NCBI GenBank assembly: GCA_964016885.1
Contig: OZ024740.1
Coordinates: 307,272,001-307,336,000, forward strand
Length of the DNA stretch: 64,000 nt
Direction: 5' to 3'
Origin: Eledone cirrhosa
Taxonomy: Eukaryota
Shown: one piece after another, positions 55,885-64,000 of the stretch
Layout: each line of letters opens with the position of its first letter
How positions within the stretch are numbered: position 1 is the stretch's first letter
Notes under the pieces: generated by a model
What the model was told of the DNA's origin: nothing
What the model saw: the letters and a program-made list of their open reading frames with translations, nothing else
Database searches by the model: none
Translations under genes and position numbers: made by a program

Positions 55885-56117
55885 TATATAGGAACGAGGA
55901 GGACCCCGACGGGTGAGCTCAAGCCGTTTCGACCCACTCTACTACTCTAAGTATTGAGTACTTTGGTGCGTTATAGTCCATCTGGTTCCTTACCACATTT
56001 CCTTCGTTATATATATATATATATATAGATATATATATATATACATATATATATATGTATATAAACAACAAAAACAATTTCCGCCACCATCATCAACCAG
56101 CAAGGTGATTTAATTTT

Positions 56118-56512
56118 ACACCACCGCAACCACCATCAGCACCACTACCACCATCACCACCACCACCACCATCATCACGACCACCACCACAACTACCACC
56201 AATAACAACACCACCAACATTAACAATACCACAAACATCACCACCAACACCATCACCATCACCACCAACAACAATACCACCAACACCACCACCCCAACCA
56301 CCACCACCATCACCACCATCGACAATAACAATACCACCAACACAACCAACACCACCCCAACCACCACCACCACCAACATTAACAATACCACCACCACCAC
56401 CACCACCACAACCACCACCATCACCACAACCACCACCATCACCAACAACAACACCATCACCACCACCAACATTAACAATACCACCACCACCACCACCACC
56501 ACCACAACCACC

Positions 56513-56543
<31 letters not shown>

Positions 56544-57582
56544 CCATCACCACCACCAACATTAACAATACCACCACCACCACCACCACAACCACAACCA
56601 CCACCACCACCACCACCACCACCACCACCACCACAACCACCACCACCACCAACAACAACACCATCACCACCACCAACATTAACAATACCACCACCACCAC
56701 CACCACCACCACCACAACCACCACCATCACCAACAACAACACCATCACCACCACCAACACTAACAATACCACCACCACCACCACCACCACCACAACCACC
56801 ACCACCAACAACAACAGCACCATCACCACCACCAACATTAACAATACCACCACCACCACCACAACCACCACCACCACCACCACAACCACCACCACCACCA
56901 ACAACAACACCATCACCACAACCACCACCACCACCACCACCACCACAACCACCACCACCACCAACAACAACACCATCACCACCACCAACATTAACAACAC
57001 CACCACCACCACCACCATCACCACAACCACCACCACCACCAACAACAACACCATCACCACTACCAACATTAACATACCACCACCACCACCAACACCACCA
57101 ACACCAACAACAACACCATCACCACAACCACCACCACCACCACCACCACCACCACCACAACCACCACCACCACCATCACCACCACCACCACCAACACCAC
57201 CACCACCACCACCACCACCACCACAACCACCACCACCACCACCACCACCACCATCACCACCACCACCACCAACACCACCACCACCACCACCACCACCACC
57301 ACCACCACCACCACCATCATCATCACCACCACCACCACCACCACCACAACCACCACCACCACCACCACCACCACCACCACCACCACCACCACCACCACCA
57401 TCATCATCACCACCACCACCACCACCAACATTAACAATACCACCACCACCACCACCACCACCACCACAACCACCACCACCACCACCACCACCACCACCAC
57501 CACAACCACCACCACCACCAACAACAACACCATCACCACCACCAACATTAACAATACCACCACCACCACCACCACAACCACC

Positions 57583-57614
<32 letters not shown>

Positions 57615-58292
57615 CACCATCACCACCACCAACATTAACAATACCACCACCACCACCACCACCACCACCACAACCACCACCACCACCAACAACAACACCA
57701 TCACCACCACCAACATTAACACCACCACCACCACCACCACCACAACCACCACCATCACCACAACCACCACCACCAACAACAACAACACCATCACAACTAC
57801 CAACATTAATATACCACCACCACCACCACTACCACCACAACCACCACCACCACCAACAACAACACCACCACCACCACCACCACCACCACCACCACAACCA
57901 CCACCACCACCACAACCACCACCACCACCACCACCATCACCACCATCACCACCACCACCACCACCACCACCACCACAACCACCACCACCACCACCACCAC
58001 CACCACCACAACCACCACCACAACCACCACCACCACCACCACCATCACCACCACCACCACCACCACCACCACCACCACCACCACCACCACCACCACCACC
58101 ACAACCACCACCATCACCACAACCACCACCACCACCACCAACAACACCATCACCACTACCAACATTAACATACCACCACCACCACCACAACCACCACCAC
58201 CACCACCACCACCACCACCACCACCACAACCACCACCACCACAACCACCACTACCACCACCACCACAACAACAACAACAACAACAAGACAAC
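56118..58292. repeat. (ACC)n-based minisatellite
   Basis: Recurrent marker accaacattaacaatacc. Confidence 0.95.
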
Positions 58293-58454
58293 AAGATCTG
58301 ATGCTGTCACATGACCTTCTAGAAATAGCAGCCACATTCCCACAAATCACACCCTATCGCCTTGAAAAAAAATAACTACACAAAAAGTCGGGTGGGTCAT
58401 GACAGGAATATTTAAAATCACAAATCTGCTCGCCCAGATCTAACTGCTGGGGTG

Positions 58455-60050
58455 CGGTGGTTGTGGTAGTGGTAGTGTTGGTGGCGGTGGTGGTTGTAGT
58501 GGTGGTGGTAGTGGTTGTAGTGGTGGTTGTAGTGGTGGTGGTAGTGGTGGTTGTAGTGGTGGTGGTAGTGGTAGTGTTGGTGGCGGTGGTGGTTGTAGTG
58601 GTGGTGGTAGTGGTAGTGGTGGTGGTAGTGGTGGTGGTAGTGGTTGTAGTGTTGGTGGCGGTGGTGGTTGTAGTGGTAGTGGTAGTGGTTGTAGTGGTGG
58701 TGGTAGTGGTTGTAGTGTTGGTGGCGGTGGTGGTTGTAGTGGTGATGGTAGTGGTTGTAGTGGTGGTGGTAGTGGTAGTGTTGGTGGCGGTGGTGGTTGT
58801 AGTGGTGGTGGTAGTGGTTGTAGTGGTGGTTGTAGTGGTGGTGGTAGTGGTGGTTGTAGTGGTGGTGGTAGTGGTAGTGGTGGTGGTAGTGGTTGTAGTG
58901 TTGGTGGCGGTGGTGGTTGTAGTGGTAGTGGTTGTAGTGGTGGTGGTAGTGGTTGTAGTGTTGGTGGCGGTGGTGGTTGTAGTGGTGGTGGTAGTGGTAG
59001 TGGTGGTGGTAGTGGTGGTGGTAGTGGTTGTAGTGTTGGTGGCGGTGGTGGTTGTAGTGGTAGTGGTAGTGGTTGTAGTGGTGGTGGTAGTGGTTGTAGT
59101 GTTGGTGGCGGTGGTGGTTGTAGTGGTGATGGTAGTGGTTGTAGTGGTGGTGGTAGTGGTAGTGTTGGTGGCGGTGGTGGTTGTAGTGGTGGTGGTAGTG
59201 GTTGTAGTGGTGGTTGTAGTGGTGGTGGTAGCGGTGGTGGTAGTGGTTGTAGTGGTGGTTGTAGTGGTGGTGGTAGTGGTGGTGGTAGTGGTTGTAGTGT
59301 TGGTGGCGGTGGTGGTTGTAGTGGTGGTGGTAGTGGTTGTAGTGTTGGTGGCGGTGGTGGTTGTAGTGGTGGTGGTTGTGGTAGTGGTAGTGGTTGTAGT
59401 GGTGGTGGTAGTGGTTGTAGTGTTGGTGGCGGTGGTGGTTGTAGTGGTGGTGGTAGTGGTTGTAGTGGTGGTTGTAGTGGTGGTGGTAGCGGTGGTGGTA
59501 GTGGTTGTAGTGTTGGTGGCGGTGGTGGTGGTAGTGGTGGTGGTAGTGGTTGTGGTGTTGGTGGCGGTGGTGGTTGTAGTGGTGGTGGTAGTGGTTGTAG
59601 TGTTGGTGGCGGTGGTGGTTGTAGTGGTGGTGGTAGTGGTTGTAGTGTTGGTGGCGGTGGTGGTTGTAGTGGTGGTGGTAGTGGTTGTGGTGTTGGTGGC
59701 GGTGGTGGTTGTAGTGGTGGTGGCGGTGGTGGTTGTAGTGGTGGTGGCGGTGGTGGTTGTAGTGGTGGTGGTAGTGGTTGTAGTGTTGGTGGCGGTGGTG
59801 GTTGTAGTGGTGGTGGTAGTGGTTGTAGTGGTGGTTGTAGTGGTGGTGGTAGTGGTGGTGGTAGTGGTTGTAGTGTTGGTGGCGGTGGTGGTGGTAGTGG
59901 TGGTGGTAGTGGTGGTAGTGGTGGTTGTAGTGGTGGTTGTAGTGGTGGTGGTAGTGGTTGTAGTGTTGGTGGCGGTGGTGGTGGTAGTGGTGGTGGTAGT
60001 GGTTGTAGTGGTGGTGGCGGTGGTGGTGGTAGTTGTAGTGGTGGTGGTAG
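58455..60050. repeat. (GGT/AGT/TGT)n-based minisatellite
   Basis: Recurrent marker tagtgttggtggcggtggtggttgtagt. Confidence 0.95.
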
Positions 60051-60209
60051 GGTAATCAACAATAACAACAATACCACGCACAAAAACACACTCACCGCAT
60101 ACGGAATCTTTGTACAACTTCCTACTTCCGACCCAACCTGTTTGAGTATTCACTTTTATTGGAACATCAGAAATGAATGTGGCAGTGATGGTGGTTGTCC
60201 TTCGCGCGC

Positions 60210-60303
<94 letters not shown>

Positions 60304-60408
60304 CTTACTGGTAATTACTGACCTTACCTGTTTATAGTTGTATATAGTATCGTATATACATAACTATAAATAGTATCCTTAATATTATATATATATATAT
60401 ATATATAA

Positions 60409-60515
<107 letters not shown>

Positions 60516-60524
60516 CATATACAT

Positions 60525-63500
60525 ATATTGTTATATTTGGGGAGGGTCATATTTGCGTAATATTGCCAGAATTAATAACAGAACACACTCACTGTTTGGT
60601 TGGTTTTCGCTTCTCGCTGTCTTTTATATATATATATCTGCGATCTAACTTACTCGGTCCTCAATGTTGCCATTGACTGACCGGCGGTCAAAAATAAAAT
60701 AATACAGATACAATATAGACAAACACATATATATATAGTTTACATAAATCTTTCGTTGCACATCTGCAACATCGTCAGTGGTGTTATATTCATTGTTCCT
60801 CCTGTTGTGTTGTATGTCTACGCCATTTTTTTTGTTCAGTCCGTCTATATATTTATTTATTTGTTTGCTTGTTTGTTTATCTTATTTTATTTTGTCTTCT
60901 TTGCGCATGCGTTTGCGTGTGTGATGTGTGACTAGTGTGTATAGTGTTGTGTCTGCTGGGTGACTAGTGTGTGTTTATGTGCTTGTGTATGTATTTATTT
61001 ATCTTATTTTATTTAATTTAATTTACTTATTTATTTACACTTCTCTTAGGTCAGTGTTGTTTGTTTGGGTGTTGTTGTTGTTCCACTCATTCTTTCTGTT
61101 TAGCTTTGGTCTTCTAATTTCTATTTCACTGGCCTCTCTGATTTGCCTATCTGCTGGGTCATTCCTATGTTTAGATATTATTCTAATTTCTATGTTGTCT
61201 ATGTTACCGTCATGATGTTGTCTAGCATGTTCGTATAGTACTGACCCGTTTTTTCGTCCTTTTAGTTCCCCCCAGTGTTGGTCTATCCTTTCACCTATGC
61301 TACGAGCTGTCTCACCTATGTATGTTGTTGTCGTGTTTCTACAAGTACCCTCTGTACATCTTATGCTATAGACTACGTTTCTAGTTTTACAGTTTATCCG
61401 GGGGTTCACCTTACATATGATACATTTCCTATTGGTACAGTGGGTTTTCTTAAAAGGGTAGGTTTTGCTGATCAGGGATTTTATGGTGGTTCCTGGCTTT
61501 TCTACCACCTTTATTTTTAAGTGGGTCTTTCTCAGGGCCTTTCTACACTGGTTAGCTAATTTCCCTCCAGGGGTGGCGTCCACAAACATGACACTCTGAT
61601 ATCTCTGGTTGTCGTACCATGATGTGGCCTTCCCTATCTTATGTCTAGCCCTATCTAAGCTATTCCATGATTTGCTCCTGTATAGTGGGCAAATTCCTTT
61701 CATGTCCAGTTCTATGAGGGTCTTATACTTTTCCATGGCTCCTTCGTATACTCTGACTCTGTCTCTTTGGTTGTAGCCAGAGAACTGCATGCAGTTGATG
61801 AAGTGTTGGATGTGTCCTTCCATTTCTGTTGGGTCGCACATGCTGGACACATTCTTCATCACTCGTACCAAATCTGCGATCAGAATATTAAACTTAGCAC
61901 TACTGGACATTGCTGAGTTTTTGAGTATCAGGTATTTGGAGGCCATGGGTTTAGCATAGTGTGAGTGGAGAATTTGGGCTCTCTCGTCTATAGTGTTAAT
62001 CCAGAGTTCTGTGTCTAATACAGGTAGTCTATTGTTAGGGTGTTTGGAAGGGAAGTCTATAGTTACAGTTATACTCTGGTGTATGGAATTAGCTATCTGC
62101 TGGATGCTTTCCATCGTGCTACGTTCTAAATCAAACTTGTTAGTGCTCTCTAGTGGGGGTGTTCTTATAACTATATTGATATCGTCTACATAACGAGAGT
62201 ACATGATGAGGTCTATGGAGCTTTCATTAAGGAGATCTTTAAGTCTCCTTTCCCACCATACCATGAAAAGGTTGGCAACATCGCCAGCTATGCTGACGCC
62301 GATGGCTGCTCCCTCATTTTGGGTGTAGATTTTCTCATTGAACTTAAATATGTGGCCCTTTAGGGTAGTTTTGATACTAGCCCCTATTGCATGTGCGACC
62401 ATTTTTCTTACCTGATCAGTGTTTTGGGGGGTCCGTATAGCTTTGGTCCACCCAATCCACCTTCCTATGGGAGTCTTTTTAGCCATTGAGGTTATGGTGG
62501 GGGGTCTACCTCTTATAGGTCTACTAGGGCAGAAACATCTAAGGTCATGGCTGTCTAGGTAGTCAGTGTCGTAGGTAAGTCTAAGTAGGAGGCCCAGTTC
62601 GTCTGTGTCGACGTCGCAGAACTCCACCTCACTCTCAATGATCATCTCCACACATCTTTTCACAGCAAAATCAATGTTAATGGATGGGTACAGTGACACC
62701 ACATCCATGCTGCCTATTATGCAGTTGGATAGGCTCCTGTTTTTGTTGCACTCACTGATTCTGCTGAGGAGGTCCTCTGTACTTTCACATACATCTGGGG
62801 ACATCTTGATTATGGGGCGTATAACCATTGAGAGGAAGTAGGAGATCCTGTAGTTGCTAGCTATATTAGCTCCGCATACAGGTCTTGTTGGTGGTCCTGT
62901 TGTCGGGTCGTCGACTGTCTTGTGGTCTTTGCGGAGCCCATACAAGGGTGGTATGCCATTGTTAGACGCCTGGAAGTTGTTGGCAGTGCGTCTGCTTGGC
63001 TTTAGGATGTCAGTCCACATCATCATGTGAGCGTTGAGGATTTTTTCTCTCCCATCGTGTGTTAGTTGTGCAACTTCGCTCGTGTTGGTGATGTGGGGTT
63101 GCATTGCCTCGATGTAGTTCGGCATGCTATCTATTGACATCCTACCAGACTTATCTGTGGGTAGACACACTACCTCACCATCCCTTGTGCGCTGCTTGAG
63201 GCTAACCAAGCCTTCTACAGGTTTTATCCCAAGTTGTTGGGCCTCTGGTCTGCTCTGTCTCATAGTGTACCTGTCTACTACTTGTCTAATCTTATTTCTA
63301 GCTATCGTGAACTGTGCCTCCGTCTCGTCATCTATTTGTTGTGGTATGCAAACTCTTTTATTAAAGGGTAACCTCGTAGGATAGATATTACCCATCTTAT
63401 ATGTTTTGTCAGCTGGGTTGAAAAATAGTTTCTCTAAGGGGTTGTCGTTATTTCTATCGTCATAGTTGTGTGTGTTGCTATTATTATTATCATGGTGGTT

Positions 63501-64000
63501 GTTGTTGTTTCTATCATTAGCTTTAATATTATTATTGTTATGATTGCTAGATGTATTGTTGTTTACTTCACCGTTATTGTTGTTGTTGTTACTGCTATTT
63601 CTACCATTGTGGTTGTTACTATTATTATGTTTCTTGTTTTTGTTGATGTTGCTACATGTACTATTTCCATTATTACCACTGTGGTTATTGTTGTTGTTGT
63701 TGTTCGTATTGTTACCGTTATTACTACTGTGGTCACTGTTGCTGTGTCTGTGGTTAACGTTTCTATTATTATTATTATTGTGGTTGTTGTTGTTCTGTCT
63801 ATCGCTAGTATTATTACCATTATCACTATTTCTCACTTTCCTGCCATTGTTATGGTTATGGCTGTTATTTCTATACCCAGAGTTATTGTTTATATTACTA
63901 CTACCGTTATTATTGTTGTTGTTGTTTACCTTTGCATTCCAACGTATTTTTGTGAAACACTTTTCCAGTTCAGTTTTGCATTCCATAGGGTTAATCTTTT
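60525..64000 (-). mobile_element. Naiad-like Penelope-like retroelement; 3' end complete, 5' end beyond the window
   Basis: Long ORF plus a 3' UTR with HHR core CTGACGA-t-gttgca(gatg)tgcaac-GAAA (60778-60751). Terminal atgaccctcccc abuts (TA)n. Confidence 0.9.
61035..63986 (-). CDS. PLE polyprotein: Asn-rich N-terminal region, reverse transcriptase, Cys-rich linker, GIY-YIG endonuclease (frame open to the window edge)
   Basis: RT: IGSMDVVSLYPSI, YTQNEGAAIGVSIAGDVANLFMVWW, RYVDD, LPVLD. Linker: CTNRKCIIC. Endonuclease: NVVYSIRCTEGTC..YIGETARS..H..HARQHH. Confidence 0.93.
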   Translation of the reverse strand: MECKTELEKCFTKIRWNAKVNNNNNNNGSSNINNNSGYRNNSHNHNNGRKVRNSDNGNNTSDRQNNNNHNNNNNRNVNHRHSNSDHSSNNGNNTNNNNNNNHSGNNGNSTCSNINKNKKHNNSNNHNGRNSSNNNNNNGEVNNNTSSNHNNNNIKANDRNNNNHHDNNNSNTHNYDDRNNDNPLEKLFFNPADKTYKMGNIYPTRLPFNKRVCIPQQIDDETEAQFTIARNKIRQVVDRYTMRQSRPEAQQLGIKPVEGLVSLKQRTRDGEVVCLPTDKSGRMSIDSMPNYIEAMQPHITNTSEVAQLTHDGREKILNAHMMMWTDILKPSRRTANNFQASNNGIPPLYGLRKDHKTVDDPTTGPPTRPVCGANIASNYRISYFLSMVIRPIIKMSPDVCESTEDLLSRISECNKNRSLSNCIIGSMDVVSLYPSINIDFAVKRCVEMIIESEVEFCDVDTDELGLLLRLTYDTDYLDSHDLRCFCPSRPIRGRPPTITSMAKKTPIGRWIGWTKAIRTPQNTDQVRKMVAHAIGASIKTTLKGHIFKFNEKIYTQNEGAAIGVSIAGDVANLFMVWWERRLKDLLNESSIDLIMYSRYVDDINIVIRTPPLESTNKFDLERSTMESIQQIANSIHQSITVTIDFPSKHPNNRLPVLDTELWINTIDERAQILHSHYAKPMASKYLILKNSAMSSSAKFNILIADLVRVMKNVSSMCDPTEMEGHIQHFINCMQFSGYNQRDRVRVYEGAMEKYKTLIELDMKGICPLYRSKSWNSLDRARHKIGKATSWYDNQRYQSVMFVDATPGGKLANQCRKALRKTHLKIKVVEKPGTTIKSLISKTYPFKKTHCTNRKCIICKVNPRINCKTRNVVYSIRCTEGTCRNTTTTYIGETARSIGERIDQHWGELKGRKNGSVLYEHARQHHDGNIDNIEIRIISKHRNDPADRQIREASEIEIRRPKLNRKNEWNNNNTQTNNTDLREV

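Noticed and set aside
58295-58400. Fragments of a second SINE-like family (ctagaaa.a.cagcca; also near 26060, 30055 and 55098)
   Set aside because: A shared motif is visible, but the fragments are too short and diverged to give boundaries or a classification.
51889-60153. Long ORFs of 300-690 aa (poly-Thr, Val, Pro, His/Gln) as mucin- or extensin-like genes
   Set aside because: They are open in several frames and on both strands because trinucleotide repeats lack stops. There are no domains or credible gene structure.

Overview
Eukaryotic, AT-rich, gene-free DNA packed with repeats, most likely from an octopod cephalopod (inferred from the SINE family and the dense (TA)n/(CA)n/(ACC)n microsatellites). 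I found no host protein-coding gene, rRNA, true tRNA or CRISPR array; most tracked ORFs are translations of microsatellites. The real coding content is retrotransposons: an uninterrupted Naiad-like Penelope-like element (PLE; RT + GIY-YIG, 61035-63986, running off the window), a near-complete RTE-type LINE with three C-terminal C2H2-like fingers, a 5'-inverted RTE-like LINE, and fragments of a second PLE lineage and of Tx1/L1, CR1, R4-like and CRE-like LINEs. There are also Tigger, hAT and mariner remnants and about 20 copies of a tRNA-derived SINE. The most notable signal is a dense set of type-I hammerhead ribozyme (HHR) motifs from roughly ten unrelated sequence families, found by eye. They mostly sit in tail-out palindromes embedded in (TA)n. 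Several have atypical architecture: 55-123 nt stem II insertions, a CAGAAGA core, an extra nucleotide after the core, and one is split by a LINE insertion. All folds are manual and untested.
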